DNA of 64,000 nt from Phycisphaerae bacterium (GTDB taxonomy: Bacteria > Planctomycetota > Phycisphaerae > UBA1845): positions 576,001 to 640,000 of the forward strand of contig CAXXGO010000003.1 in NCBI GenBank assembly GCA_963666835.2. The letters are read 5' to 3'. The notes under the pieces are model-generated. The model was not told where the DNA came from and ran no database searches. It worked only from the letters and a program-made list of their open reading frames with translations. This document shows positions 37,701 through 48,393 of this stretch, in pieces. The translations under genes were made by a program, and so were the position numbers. Within the stretch, counting starts at the first letter, position 1; every line of letters begins with the position of its first letter.

Positions 37701-38320
37701 CGCCGAGGCCACTCGAGCGCACCGGTGGGATACAGATAACGGTATAGTCCCGTACGGATCCAATCCGGGGATCCTCCAAACGCCACGGTCAACGCGACCG
37801 CCCCGACCAGCATAAGCAGACTCCAGCGGACCAAGGCTCGGCGCGAAAGGGCCTTCTCCAGGGGAATCTGCCGTACGATGCGGTCGGCGTCAGCGATTAC
37901 GCGGTCCATCATCGCCGCAGACTCGCCGCGCTGCGTGCCCGGTTCTTCCGAACTTCCCGCAATGCGCGAGTGCCGGAAGAAGTCTATCGCGTTTACCAAT
38001 CTGTCATCGAGTTTCCGAAAACGGCGTTCGAGATGTGCGGCTATGTCGCTAACGTCCAACCCGCAACGCAGCGGACGGACGATCCCCCGTAACACTGCCG
38101 TCACCAGCCCGGCAAGAAACGCCAGACCGATTATGATTCGCAACGCCGCCGGTAGCCAGAGAAGCCAGTCCGCTATCACGATGGCCAGAAGCGCGATCGT
38201 CCCCCCGCCGAGGACGGCGCACACGCCTCCAACCACCAGGCGATTCCTGATTACCCGGCGGAGCCGCTCCAACCGCGTCATGAAAGCCACAGATGTCGGA
38301 CGATCACTCATCAATCTCAA
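34799..38320 (-). CDS. Large membrane-anchored coiled-coil protein (DUF4175-like)
   Basis: 3 N-terminal TM segments, Ig-like region (PDAPPVVSVLEP, ADDFGL, VEAEDN), long Q/E/R/L heptad region. Confidence 0.75.
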   Translation of the reverse strand: MRLMSDRPTSVAFMTRLERLRRVIRNRLVVGGVCAVLGGGTIALLAIVIADWLLWLPAALRIIIGLAFLAGLVTAVLRGIVRPLRCGLDVSDIAAHLERRFRKLDDRLVNAIDFFRHSRIAGSSEEPGTQRGESAAMMDRVIADADRIVRQIPLEKALSRRALVRWSLLMLVGAVALTVAFGGSPDWIRTGLYRYLYPTGALEWPRRVSIVSMPGSEKVALGESATVRMTIERGLRPSLRAVVHVSDSSGEVMTLPMQRGEDGLFSAMIDTVTCDLEYWFEAGDDDTANYPGTITAVRRPVVLEAQVEIEPPPYGDRRAIRTCDLLEGAVEAPQGGFATVLVKASKPIPRRQPAAAGLRLDNGDLTPLIVDPQEQQRLSARFEIVADLCFRVELCDEDGFANRGAVRHCIQARPDAPPVVSVLEPTSLTELTPRGAISLRARVADDFGLTRVTLKAERIGDGSIWSIPVGGWEMTADTEGGLEAAVEYLWLMEPMGLSPGDALTFHVEAEDNRVGEGTYGQVGRSAPLQVRVISEIEFELRVGDEMASLEDRLRRITLDETDLLDRTTLLIADGTAPVAQGISTRELIAELAAQQARLLRQVGDLAGRLDHLAQRMAQNGVGDEQARGRLTSVGLSLRGIGTGAMARAGTTLLEAATQRETREEQSYLRNAATAETEAVDGLRALLQGMAKWGEFQGIATRTRDLLDRQEAVRRRTAELGKRLLGRPLDELDKEETTALTRLQREQEQVGRDSEQLLARMTRLVDMLRERDVDGAQAIDDARRVAQARSLPRRVRAAAEAIRANRTAAATLDQKNAVATIREMVAALEERRSRELARLEKTLRGAEEQLTLLIDEQRSVQTATEEAKALGSEGEALELIADDQSRLRKNTGALGDKLDKLDRMFEEGRIVRSAAGAMKRAEDQINTGQTEAATVAQSEAIAQLDDARRRLEEFAQEVGEEAWRRSLGRVRESLEALLAGQREVNDGIGDLHTTISSKGRMGRAESRAASRLASRQSDVRRLLDEGLPDLQSVPVYEWALERVARWMDESRRHLETRVIDEALIATTTRIVRELEKLVDAIVETEAMPMDEKYADGAGGGGGRGQTKATKPVPPVAELLVLRAMQRDINSRTKSLAQTFDERRATEEQLREIRLLGEDQAEVSRLTDRVTKKGG

Positions 38321-38448
38321 TCACACAATCTGCGTCCAAGAAGCTCGGCACTCTCGGCCCTGCAAAAAAGCCGTTCAACGCCCCCTTTTCACATAGGGGA
38401 ATCGAGGCGATGCTCCCCGGCAAAACACGCATGTTGTCGAGAGGACCA

Positions 38449-40938
38449 TTACATCAATCCAAAAGCCTTGCGTAATCCCCATTCCATAGAAATCAACAGG
38501 ACAAACAGCCCCAGCAAAAGACGAGAATCCCACAGCGGTTCAGTTACGTCATCCGGGATCTTCACACTTCCATCGGGGATCGCCCCGAACGCCTCCTTCA
38601 ACTGATCCAGTTCGATAACCGCCCCGCCTGTGGCATCGGCTATTCGCCGAAGGACTTCATGATTAGCCTCGGGCTGCCGCCCCTCCAAGTCGGGCTCCTC
38701 CACCTGTACCGGCGCAGATACGGCCCGCTCCGTGTCGCGGAAGGCGAGCCCGCCGGCTTCAAACAAGAAGCGTCCGGGATACGGAGGAAGATAGACGGCC
38801 TCAAACACATTCTCCTCCGAATCGAGACGGCGGGCGTCGAGTCGTCCTACCACCGCCCCCGCCGCATCGTCGTCTGCTTCGGCATTCTGTGCCGCCTCGC
38901 CGCCTGACTCGGTGAGCGCCATGACCTCTATCGTCTCCGGGTTCTCCGTCAGAAGATCCGGGTCGAAGACGCTTATCCTGATCTGCACCGGCATCCCATA
39001 CGGGTAGTGCCTGCGGTCGGTGTGGATCGTGAACCGGTGCCCCTGGGAGACTCGATCCGTTCGCATTAACCCTCGGACCACCTGCACCCAATACGTGTCA
39101 TGGGCGAGCTCACCGGTGTGACGCCGCCAACGCCAGGTATCGTCGGTGGCCTGAAAGAAGACCTTCCCGGCTCCATAGCGGCCGAGGACGACAACCGGCA
39201 TCGGTTGTCCCGAACCATGGCGGTCATCCACAAACTGCAAGAACGGATGGTGGGCTAGTACCGTCGCTCCGGGCTTGGCTCCCAGCGTGCGAGCAATCCA
39301 GAACAGCTCCGGCCGGCTTTCTAAGACCAAATCGCCGCGCACCGCCCCGTTGCTATCCGCCGGCGTCCCTTGCGTAGTCGCAAACAGCCGGCTTTGCGCG
39401 CCATCGGCAGTGAGTACCGGCCGAAACCCACTAGCGGGTGCCCCCGCGCCGGGGCCGAAGAAGGACGGATCGAGTTTGACCGGGACAAGCTTCTGAAGGG
39501 GGCAGTTCAGGTATCGGTGCGGAGCAGCCCGCTCGCCGGCGATCAGGCCGAACCCGCCACCGTGATCACCAACGAAGTCCAACAGCATCTCGATCTGCGC
39601 GGTCGACAACCACCCCGCTTGCGGATCAACATCCCCGAACAGCACCACGTCAAATCGATTGAGTTCCTCCGGCGTGCTGGGAAAACGGCGGATCGGGTCG
39701 GTCCCTTCCTGTACAAATGCTTCATCCGCTTCCAGCAGCAGGACGCTGAGCTCCACAGTCTCTTCGCGAAGAAGAGCGTTCTTGAGGTAGCGATACTCGT
39801 ATCGCGGATACCCGGCCACGAACAGTACGCGAAGGCGGTCCTCTACAATCGCAACCTCGAAATCCGCGGTGTTGTTGTCGGTGCGTCGCTCGCCCGCAAT
39901 CGGCAAAGCGTCGATCCGATAGCGAACTCGTCCGGACGCCTCCGGCTTCGCAATCAGCTCAACCGTAACCGCCGAGCGCTCCGGAGTAAGCACCGCGTCC
40001 CCGACCGCCACGACTTCACCAGTTGCTACGTCGATCATCTGTACCGTCACAGTGGCGTCGCTCGACAACCCGGTCCCGGAAAGCGGCACGCTCACCGATA
40101 CGAAGTCCTTCTTGAACACGCTCTCTTGGGCGCGGATGCGACCGAGGCTAACGTCGCGCGGCCGTTTTGAGGATCCGACTCGTAGCGCGAACACCGGCAC
40201 CTGCTGTCCCCTAGCCGCGTCCAAAGCGTCTTTCAGACTCGATGCCTCCGTCGACTGTCCGTCGCTGGCCAGGATGATCGCCGCGAGCCGTCGCCCACGA
40301 GCATCCTCGATAACCCGACTGATCGCCCCGGCCAGGTCCGTGCTCGTGCCCTCCGGCGTTGCCTCGCGGAGCCGCTCTATAAACTCGTCCAGCACGGCCG
40401 GCGTCTTGCACCAAGCCCGGTTCTCCGCCACACCCGCAAACGTAGTCAATTGCAGCGAGTTGTTCTGCAGCAGTCGACGTAAGGGAGCTCCCTGATCACG
40501 CGTTAAGGCCGCCGTAATGCTCTCACAACGCGAGAGGTCGTTGGACACCGAATCCGAAGGCGGGGCCGCCGCTTCTCTCTCCGCGGAATCTGGTGATGCG
40601 TCCGTAGCCGCATCGCGCGTTGCCATACTCATCGAAGTGTCAACGACCAGACTCACATAGGAGCGATCGATTCGGTCCCGTTGCAGAACGAGGATCGGCT
40701 GGCAGATTGCCGCGACGACCACGCCAATCAGGGACAAACGAATGAACACCAACCCGGCGCGACGAGCCCGCGACGTCCCCTCTCGGCTGTACACGGCAAC
40801 CACGGCAAGGACCGCAGCGGTGCCGAGCCCGAGCAACATCCATGCCGGCATCGCCGCGCCCCACTTGATAAGCAGCGGCGCGTCTGTGCCCAGGCGTATG
40901 CCGTCCAGTCCCAGAAGCCATTCGACCAACCGCGTCAC
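38449..40938 (-). CDS. Membrane-anchored vWA domain protein with glutamine amidotransferase-like domain
   Basis: Intact MIDAS (DTSMS, T, SDG); PRYEYRYL, GGGFGLIAG, GAGKV, TWRWR; C-terminal TM EWGLRK. Confidence 0.8.
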   Translation of the reverse strand: MTRLVEWLLGLDGIRLGTDAPLLIKWGAAMPAWMLLGLGTAAVLAVVAVYSREGTSRARRAGLVFIRLSLIGVVVAAICQPILVLQRDRIDRSYVSLVVDTSMSMATRDAATDASPDSAEREAAAPPSDSVSNDLSRCESITAALTRDQGAPLRRLLQNNSLQLTTFAGVAENRAWCKTPAVLDEFIERLREATPEGTSTDLAGAISRVIEDARGRRLAAIILASDGQSTEASSLKDALDAARGQQVPVFALRVGSSKRPRDVSLGRIRAQESVFKKDFVSVSVPLSGTGLSSDATVTVQMIDVATGEVVAVGDAVLTPERSAVTVELIAKPEASGRVRYRIDALPIAGERRTDNNTADFEVAIVEDRLRVLFVAGYPRYEYRYLKNALLREETVELSVLLLEADEAFVQEGTDPIRRFPSTPEELNRFDVVLFGDVDPQAGWLSTAQIEMLLDFVGDHGGGFGLIAGERAAPHRYLNCPLQKLVPVKLDPSFFGPGAGAPASGFRPVLTADGAQSRLFATTQGTPADSNGAVRGDLVLESRPELFWIARTLGAKPGATVLAHHPFLQFVDDRHGSGQPMPVVVLGRYGAGKVFFQATDDTWRWRRHTGELAHDTYWVQVVRGLMRTDRVSQGHRFTIHTDRRHYPYGMPVQIRISVFDPDLLTENPETIEVMALTESGGEAAQNAEADDDAAGAVVGRLDARRLDSEENVFEAVYLPPYPGRFLFEAGGLAFRDTERAVSAPVQVEEPDLEGRQPEANHEVLRRIADATGGAVIELDQLKEAFGAIPDGSVKIPDDVTEPLWDSRLLLGLFVLLISMEWGLRKAFGLM

Positions 40939-40978
40939 GGTATTCCCTTAGTCACATCCCGAACGCCTACGTTCAACG

Positions 40979-43240
40979 TCACGATGCTCCCACGTGCTTC
41001 GCCCCGAACCGCATCGCCAGCCACATTTCAACCAGCAACAACAGCAGAACCACAAAGAGCCCGGGAAGGGCCAGCTCGGTAGCCTTTACCAGTGCAGATT
41101 CCGACGCCCCCGCCTCTCCATCCGTAATCACCCGGGCAGGACGGTCCAGGGCTTTCCGCAGGGCATCGGCGTCGACGCCGGCAAGGTTCGCGCCTTGCGG
41201 ATCGAGGTTCACGGCAAACGACCGCACCGTCGGCCCGACGGCAATCACGTGCGGGCCGGATCGTTCCACAGGCTCGTGGACACAGCTCAACTTCGAACCG
41301 GTAGCTCGGACTCTACCATCCAGCTTCCTCCCGTCGCTGGTCCGCACACTAAGCGGCATAGAGCTCTGGCCGGGAGTCAACGGCTCAACCAGCGCGCCAC
41401 CGACGAAGACATTACGGTGGTCTCCGTGGTTGCGCGCCAAATATGCCACCGCATTGACCATTAGCGATACATAGTCCCCCTTCGCGGGCAGGTTGTTCCA
41501 CGCCATGTTCGCCGATGTGGTACATACCATAACTCGACCCTCACCGAACTCCGACACAATCAGAGCCGGATCGCCGTCGAGATACCGCAGGACAACCTGG
41601 CCGCGGCTCCCCGCCGGTTCAAACGGAAGATGCTCATCCACGCGGGCCAGAAACAAACCGCTCTCGGGATGCTCTGCAAACTCGGCGACGATTCCGTGAG
41701 AAAGCCCCTGCGGATCGAACCCGGTCGGACCCGACTCTGCTGCGGACGGAACTTCTCCGCGCCCCAGCGTTCCCGGCAGCAATCCGGCCCCTTTCGCATA
41801 CGCCAGCCGGTTGTAATCGGCGACGTCGACCAAATCCCCGGCAAAGAGTAGAAGCCCCCCACCTCTGGAAACGTAGTCCTCCAGGCGTCGCCACTGGTCC
41901 TGCGGCAAGCGCGAGACGTTACACATCGCTATCACGTCATATTCCGGCAGGGGCTCGCTCGGTAATTCCAGCGGATTGACGATTCTGGTTTTCACCGGGG
42001 TCACCGGCGCGCGGTCGTTCCGCACCGCAGCGCCAAGCCCTCTACTTGACGATCCCCGTACAGACGGTGTCAGGGCGGCGGCAAGATAGCCCGCCTCACC
42101 GGCCAAAGCAGTGCCCCCCGGACGCCCGTCCACAAGCAAAACCGGGATCGCTTCCCGTACGTCGATCGACAGATATCTGATGTTGTCATCCGCAAACGCG
42201 TCCGGTGCTGCCAATACCAATTGTACGTCGACGATATGCGTGCCGATTCGCGTAAGACCCACGGCAAACGTCGTCACTACCGACCGCCCCGGTTCAATCA
42301 GACCAAGCGGTTCGCGCCGGACCACTTCTCCGTCATGCCTGACCTCCAGGTTTGCACTCCGCAGAGCCGTACTACCGAGATTGGCCACTTCGGTGGCAAT
42401 GCGGACCGGGATCTGAACAGCCACCAGCGGAGACTCTATCTCGAGTCTCGTCACCGCTGCGTTCTCGACTTCGCCCGGCCCAATATGCACAAAACTGAGA
42501 TCGACCTCGGAGTCGTCCAAAGCATCAGCCAGACGGCGCGCGGCCAGAACCGCCGCAGTCGGCTCACTTGAATCGCCGTCCTCCCAATCCCGTCGCGAGA
42601 AGCTCGAAATCACATGTACGGTGCGATTGCCGGGCGGCAACTCCGAAGCGCCGAGGATCTCCCGCGCCCGCTCCATCGCCGCAACCGCATCAGGCATACG
42701 TTGCGTCGGCGACATCGCCGCCAGCCGCTCTCGAACCGACCTTCGGTCCATTGCCGCATGCGCGACAACTTCGTCGGCCGCATTTGACATCGCTACGACA
42801 CTCACCGCATCATGTGCCGGAAGGGCTGCCACCAGTTGCTCCGCGTAATCAAGAGCCTTCTCGAACCGGGTCCGCCCGGCACCATCTCGGGCGTTCATCG
42901 CGAGAGAGTCATCCAGCAGAATGACCCGATGCGCAGGAGACGTCTGCCCCGCGACGCGTGACGTAATCGGCACAAACGGACGGGCTACCGCCAACCCCAA
43001 TAGAACCACCAACACAACGCGAGTTGCCAGAAGCAGCCAATGTTGGAGGGCGATCTGCCGCGCACTGTATCGTTGTGCCGCCCGCAGAAAGGACATAGCC
43101 GCCCATCTGACCCGGCGGTAACGGCGCCGGTTGATCAGGTGAATAATCACCGGAATCAAACCGGTCGCGACAGCCGCGCCGGCTAGGACGGGATGAACAA
43201 ACGGAATCGCCGACAACACCGGTAACACTGGGAAACACAC
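40979..43240 (-). CDS. BatA domain plus vWA domain protein
   Basis: IPVIIHLINRRR..V.WAAM.FL (BatA); LDDSLAM vWA; GGGLLLFAGD; C-terminal TM. Confidence 0.85.
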   Translation of the reverse strand: MCFPVLPVLSAIPFVHPVLAGAAVATGLIPVIIHLINRRRYRRVRWAAMSFLRAAQRYSARQIALQHWLLLATRVVLVVLLGLAVARPFVPITSRVAGQTSPAHRVILLDDSLAMNARDGAGRTRFEKALDYAEQLVAALPAHDAVSVVAMSNAADEVVAHAAMDRRSVRERLAAMSPTQRMPDAVAAMERAREILGASELPPGNRTVHVISSFSRRDWEDGDSSEPTAAVLAARRLADALDDSEVDLSFVHIGPGEVENAAVTRLEIESPLVAVQIPVRIATEVANLGSTALRSANLEVRHDGEVVRREPLGLIEPGRSVVTTFAVGLTRIGTHIVDVQLVLAAPDAFADDNIRYLSIDVREAIPVLLVDGRPGGTALAGEAGYLAAALTPSVRGSSSRGLGAAVRNDRAPVTPVKTRIVNPLELPSEPLPEYDVIAMCNVSRLPQDQWRRLEDYVSRGGGLLLFAGDLVDVADYNRLAYAKGAGLLPGTLGRGEVPSAAESGPTGFDPQGLSHGIVAEFAEHPESGLFLARVDEHLPFEPAGSRGQVVLRYLDGDPALIVSEFGEGRVMVCTTSANMAWNNLPAKGDYVSLMVNAVAYLARNHGDHRNVFVGGALVEPLTPGQSSMPLSVRTSDGRKLDGRVRATGSKLSCVHEPVERSGPHVIAVGPTVRSFAVNLDPQGANLAGVDADALRKALDRPARVITDGEAGASESALVKATELALPGLFVVLLLLLVEMWLAMRFGAKHVGAS

Positions 43241-44185
43241 CTATCGCCGACCGGACACCCGCGAGGATCTTTGCCTCAATCGGGCGCTACGTGTAGCAAG
43301 AAACTCCGACAACGCGACCCCGAGAGACGACGCCGTACTCAACACGGCATAGTCTATTTGCATCCGCCCGCAGGCGTGCCGGACCCGCGACTGAAACTCG
43401 TCGACCTCTTCCAGGTACCGCGGGCGCAACGAGTGCGGCTCCGTCAGCAGTCTTCCGCCTTCTTCCAAGCCGTCGAACGCCGTCGGGCCGGTGAAGGCAA
43501 AATCCAACTCCGCCTGATCCCACAGGTTCCAGACGATCACGTCATGGCGGCGATGATGCAGTAAACGCAGTCCGCGAATGACCCCGCGCTCATCGTCGAA
43601 TAGATCACTCACCAGAATGACCAGAGCCCGGTGCTGCAAACGGTCGGCCAGCTCCGCAAGCACGCCCTCCAGCGAGGTCTTGCCCGGACCCGTTCCGGCG
43701 GCAAGCTCGCGTACCAGCAACCTCCACTGCTGCGAGTTGTTCGCCGGTCGAATGAACTTGGTAATCGCGTCATCGAACAGCGCCATGCCAACTGAATCAT
43801 GCTGCTGCAAAGCCAAGTACGATGCCGCCCCGGCAAGAGCTGTGGCGTACTCGTGCTTGGTCAACCCTGCGGCATCCGAGCCGTACTGCATCGATTCGCT
43901 GCAATCGACAACCAACACCAGCTCCAGGTTGGTCTCCTGCTCGTACTCCTTTATGTAGTACTTGTCGGTTCTCCCGAAGACCTTCCAGTCGATGTGGCGC
44001 AGATCGTCACCTTGGGCGTAAGCTCTGTGATCGGCAAACTCGACCGATACTCCGCGATGGGGACTGCGGTGCATCCCGTTGAAGAAACCTTCAACGATCA
44101 GACGCGCGCGCAGTTCCAGGCCGCCGATCCGAGCCAACACCTTGGGATCCAAACAGTCTTCCGGTTCCCGCGTGGGTTCCTGCAT
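43241..44185 (-). CDS. DUF58 domain protein
   Basis: G.HRS..RG.SVEFADHRAY..GDDLRHIDWK; DCSESM. Confidence 0.92.
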   Translation of the reverse strand: MQEPTREPEDCLDPKVLARIGGLELRARLIVEGFFNGMHRSPHRGVSVEFADHRAYAQGDDLRHIDWKVFGRTDKYYIKEYEQETNLELVLVVDCSESMQYGSDAAGLTKHEYATALAGAASYLALQQHDSVGMALFDDAITKFIRPANNSQQWRLLVRELAAGTGPGKTSLEGVLAELADRLQHRALVILVSDLFDDERGVIRGLRLLHHRRHDVIVWNLWDQAELDFAFTGPTAFDGLEEGGRLLTEPHSLRPRYLEEVDEFQSRVRHACGRMQIDYAVLSTASSLGVALSEFLATRSARLRQRSSRVSGRR

Positions 44186-44222
44186 CCTACGTCCGCCCGT
44201 CCTGGCACCGCTTCCGGCTCCG

Positions 44223-45353
44223 TCAGCTCTCCGGTCGATCCGCGCGGAACACCTGTCCGGCCAGAGCCTCGTCCATCTCGCCTTGAGGACCGTCCGGGAG
44301 GGCCTCGATCAACCGCGCAATGATGTCGTCACTGCAAACCCCTTCAGCCTCGGCGTTGAAGTTCGTCAGTATGCGGTGACGGAGTACCGGCCTTGCCACC
44401 GCCCGGATGTCCTCGGACGACACGCAGTACCGACCTCGCAACAGCGCCCGGGCTTTACCGGCCAGAACCAGGTACTGCGATGCCCGCGGGCCCGCCCCCC
44501 ACGACACGTAGTCTCGCACTATCTCCGGCATCTCACCGCGGTCGACACGAGTGGAGCGAACCAGCCGCATCGCATATCGGACAGTGTGATCCGCACACGG
44601 AACTCGGCGAACGGTATTCTGCAGCTCCAGAATGTCCTGAGCACTGAGAGTACGCGCCAAGGTGACCTCGCGTGGCGCCGTAGTCATCCTAACGATCTGG
44701 AGCTCCTCTTCCTCGGATGGATAGTCCACCAGGACCTTGAACATGAACCGATCCAACTGCGCCTCCGGAAGCGGATAGGTTCCTTCCTGTTCAATGGGAT
44801 TCTGCGTAGCCAGAACGAAGAACGGTCCGGGCAGCTTGTGAGGGAACCCCGCGGCCGTCACTTGGTGCTCTTGCATCGCCTCTAACAGCGCCGCCTGTGT
44901 TTTCGGCGGGGTACGATTGATTTCGTCAGCCAGAACGACGTTAGCGAAGATCGGTCCTTTCACAAACCGAAGCGAACGGGTCCCGGTTCCGCGATCCTCT
45001 TCAATCACCTCCGTGCCGGTGATATCCGAGGGCATCAGGTCGGGCGTGAACTGGATGCGCGAGAAGCTCAGCGAGAGCAGTTGCGAGAGGGTGCTTATCA
45101 TCAACGTCTTGGCCAGCCCGGGCACCCCCTCCAAGATGCCGTGCCCCCCGCAGAACAGCACGATCAGCAGCTCCTCGACCACGTCCTCCTGGCCGACGAT
45201 AACCCGTCGGAGTTCCTCTTGAATCTGCCGATTAGCGGCCACCAGCTTCTCGGCCAGAGCGATGTCACGTTCCATCGGTTCGGCCGAGTCTTGCGGTCTC
45301 GGGCTCTCGTCCATCCGGTTGCCCCCATCTTGAGAATCTGATTCGCCACGCAT
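44223..45353 (-). CDS. moxR: MoxR family AAA+ ATPase
   Basis: [51 protein letters not shown]. Confidence 0.95.
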   Translation of the reverse strand: MRGESDSQDGGNRMDESPRPQDSAEPMERDIALAEKLVAANRQIQEELRRVIVGQEDVVEELLIVLFCGGHGILEGVPGLAKTLMISTLSQLLSLSFSRIQFTPDLMPSDITGTEVIEEDRGTGTRSLRFVKGPIFANVVLADEINRTPPKTQAALLEAMQEHQVTAAGFPHKLPGPFFVLATQNPIEQEGTYPLPEAQLDRFMFKVLVDYPSEEEELQIVRMTTAPREVTLARTLSAQDILELQNTVRRVPCADHTVRYAMRLVRSTRVDRGEMPEIVRDYVSWGAGPRASQYLVLAGKARALLRGRYCVSSEDIRAVARPVLRHRILTNFNAEAEGVCSDDIIARLIEALPDGPQGEMDEALAGQVFRADRPES

Positions 45354-45355
45354 CG

Positions 45356-46402
45356 TCAGTCGGTTTCGTTGATCCGGTTGATCAACATTCGCAGCCGCCC
45401 CGCACTCCGCCGATCGAAGTTGAATACGAGGCGAGCCTTGTCGGGATGTGCCCCCTGCTCCGCGCTTAACGGGCCGTCCGTTTGCTCGAACCGTCCATCT
45501 TTGAGGATCCCGCCAAACGTATCATTGAGCTCTGCCAGAAGCACCGCCGACACCGGCGAGTTGAGCCGCAACACCATCTGCTCCCCAACAAATCGCGAGG
45601 AATGAAACCGACTATAGAACCGCAGAATCTCCTCCACGGCCTCTTCCGCCGAATCCGTGATGCGGAACAGATTCATGTCCTCCTCATCGATCATGCCGTT
45701 TTCCAGAAGTTCGTCGCGAACGTATCGCCTCCAGTGACTCCAGTACGTCCCCCCCGGTTCGTCGCAGAGGACCACGGGAGTTGGTGCCGCTTTCACCGTC
45801 TGCACCAACGTTAGCGATTCGAAACCCTCGTCCTGCGTCCCGAACCCACCGGGAAATAGAACAACGGCCCGAGCTTCCTTGATGAACACCAACTTCCGTG
45901 TGAAGAAATACTTGAAGTTGACCAGTTTCGCATCGTTGGCGATGATCGTGTTGGCTGCCTGCTCGAACGGCAGACTGATGGCCACCCCAAAACTTGACCG
46001 GCGCGTCGCCCCGTGGTGCCCCGCGCGCATGATGCCGTCGCCGGCCCCCGTAATTACCATCCATCCATGCCGTTGCATCAGCTCGGCGAACGTCTTGGCT
46101 TGCAGATACTGCGGATGGTCTTCCGCTGTCCGCGCGGACCCGAAGATGCTGACCTTGTAAACCTCTCTATACGGCTCAAAGACCTTGAACGCGTAGCGAA
46201 GTTCTCTAAGGGCGGTGTTGATTATCTTCAGATCGCCGCGATCGGTCCTGTCAGCCGCCATCCGACAGATGGTGACCAGCATCTGAGAGAGAAGATCCTC
46301 GCTTTCCGATGGGGCATACTCTTGCACGAAACTGGCAATCGCATCGGCCCGCGCGCGGCGCGCCTGCGCGGGAGTACGGTCGGTCGGTCGTAGTTCGCTC
46401 AT
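45356..46402 (-). CDS. LOG family protein (nucleotide phosphoribohydrolase-like)
   Basis: [30 protein letters not shown]. Confidence 0.9.
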   Translation of the reverse strand: MSELRPTDRTPAQARRARADAIASFVQEYAPSESEDLLSQMLVTICRMAADRTDRGDLKIINTALRELRYAFKVFEPYREVYKVSIFGSARTAEDHPQYLQAKTFAELMQRHGWMVITGAGDGIMRAGHHGATRRSSFGVAISLPFEQAANTIIANDAKLVNFKYFFTRKLVFIKEARAVVLFPGGFGTQDEGFESLTLVQTVKAAPTPVVLCDEPGGTYWSHWRRYVRDELLENGMIDEEDMNLFRITDSAEEAVEEILRFYSRFHSSRFVGEQMVLRLNSPVSAVLLAELNDTFGGILKDGRFEQTDGPLSAEQGAHPDKARLVFNFDRRSAGRLRMLINRINETD

Positions 46403-46677
46403 ACTCTTCTCTTCCACACCTCGCCTGGACGGCGTCCCCTCACCTGCAACTACCGAGCGCGGCAGACTTTCAAACGCCGGATGATAACGGTACGCACCCG
46501 CGCCCGTATTCGAACACCCCGGGCGCAGAACGCAATCCCCGCGTACGAATACACGTATCTGTTATCGGCCCAGGACCCGCAACAAGTAAGGTCATTCCAC
46601 GGAGTCGTTTCCCAAGAGGGCGGCTTGCGAGGCCTTCTAAGCTGCAATCTATCGGTCCTTCCGCCGATGAAATACGC

Positions 46678-47679
46678 ATGACCGCTGACCCCACCGCAGT
46701 ACAATCGCGCGAGGATTCCGCCATTACCGATGCTCCGCCACTCATCAGTAATGTCCTCTCTTTCGATGTCGAGGAGTGGTTCCACGCGGCCAATCTGAGA
46801 ATCCCGCCCGCGCAGTGGGAGCATTGTCCTTCCCGGTTGGATCGCCCGATCGAACGGATTCTGTCGCTGTTGGCAGAGCACCGAACCTCAGCAACATTCT
46901 TCGTCCTGGGTTGGGTGGCGGCGCGCAGCCCCGCGATTGTCCGGCAGATTCAACAAGCCGGCCATGAGATAGCCTGCCACGGGAATAACCACAAGTTAAT
47001 CTCCGCCCTGACTCCGGCCGCGTTTCGTCAGGACGTTCGGGAATCCAAGGCGATTCTCGAGGATTTGACGGGTGAACCGGTAGTCGGATATCGCGCTCCC
47101 GGCTACTCGATCAGCCAAAACACCATCTGGGCGTTGGACATCCTCGAAAGCCTCGGGTTTGCCTACGACTCCAGCATCTACCCGGTTCGATCACCGCACG
47201 CTCGATACGGACTGAACGGGGTTCCTCACACCCCGCATAGAATCCGGCCGCAATTGTGGGAATACCCTCTACCAACGTGCCGCCTGCTGGGGCGTAGAAT
47301 CCCCGCGGCCACCGGAGCGTACTTGCGAATATGGCCGGAGGTCGTAACTCGATTGGCCTTTCGGCAGAGCGCCGCCCGGTCGACGCCGGTAGTCGTGAAC
47401 ATCCACCCCTGGGAGCTAGACCCCGACCAACCTCGCATGCCGGTTCCCTGGTGGCCCGCCATGCTCCACTATACGAACCTGAACAAGACGGCGCCCCGCC
47501 TGACTCGCCTGCTCGAGGCTCATGAGTTTGACGCCATTCGCGACCTGCTTCCCGACCGCCGATCGCGAATCACCGCCCCGATGCAGCGACCGAAAGCAGA
47601 GGTGGAATCGAGGATTGGCGGGGAACTCAATGCCGCAGGGGCTTGCAAACCGGTCAAAACCTCCGCAACACCGGAATGA
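46678..47679 (+). CDS. Polysaccharide deacetylase, DUF3473/PEP-CTERM-locus type
   Basis: SFDVEEWF, ATFFVLG, HEIACHG, GYRAP, YDSS, HPWELDP. Confidence 0.88.
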   Translation: MTADPTAVQSREDSAITDAPPLISNVLSFDVEEWFHAANLRIPPAQWEHCPSRLDRPIERILSLLAEHRTSATFFVLGWVAARSPAIVRQIQQAGHEIACHGNNHKLISALTPAAFRQDVRESKAILEDLTGEPVVGYRAPGYSISQNTIWALDILESLGFAYDSSIYPVRSPHARYGLNGVPHTPHRIRPQLWEYPLPTCRLLGRRIPAATGAYLRIWPEVVTRLAFRQSAARSTPVVVNIHPWELDPDQPRMPVPWWPAMLHYTNLNKTAPRLTRLLEAHEFDAIRDLLPDRRSRITAPMQRPKAEVESRIGGELNAAGACKPVKTSATPE

Positions 47680-48198
47680 TCAGGCTTCCCCCTCCTGATC
47701 TTCCGCGGGCGAATCGAGATAGGGCTTAACGGACAGAGTCATTATCACTTCATCGCGGATCGGGATGCCCCGTTCACCGACGTCGTGAATCTGCGGCTTC
47801 AGTTCTCGGGCTCGATCAATAGCCCCGACGTCGATCGCCACCATCCTGAAACCGAGGCGCTGACAGAGCCCGATCCCGTGGAGGTTATCGTTGGGGGCAG
47901 CCAGAATTATCTCCCCGCAGCCGCGCTTCCTGGCCGCATCGATTGCGGCGAGCAGCAGCGCCGACCCAATCCCGGACCTCTCCCTCGTCGAGTTCAGCGT
48001 GAGAAGCTCCATCACACCGTCCTCAATATGGTAGGTCAGCAGCCCGACAATCTGCCCATCCCTCCGCTCGATGAAGCCCTCCTCCTCGTGCGGATAGAAC
48101 GTCCTCCCCCGGCACACCACCATCGTGGAATACCAGTATCGGTCGATGAACTCGGCCACCTCTGCCCGATCAGCGTCTCGCATTTCAGCTCTTGACAT
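47680..48198 (-). CDS. GNAT family N-acetyltransferase
   Basis: RSGIGSALL acetyl-CoA motif, NDN...QRLGF, GIPIRDE. Confidence 0.85.
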   Translation of the reverse strand: MSRAEMRDADRAEVAEFIDRYWYSTMVVCRGRTFYPHEEEGFIERRDGQIVGLLTYHIEDGVMELLTLNSTRERSGIGSALLLAAIDAARKRGCGEIILAAPNDNLHGIGLCQRLGFRMVAIDVGAIDRARELKPQIHDVGERGIPIRDEVIMTLSVKPYLDSPAEDQEGEA

Positions 48199-48393
48199 CG
48201 CGCGTGCATTTGTACACCGGATCGACCCGCTCCGCCAGGGTTGCAGACACCACTTCTTCCGACGGAGAGCGGCAGTTCATTCGGGAGTAAACGAAGCAGT
48301 CCCCACAGCTACAGCCCGAGTTTGCCGGACCCACCACCGGCGTCTATAGTCTGAAATCTGACGAATCGGGTAACCCCAACGGGATAGAGAGTC

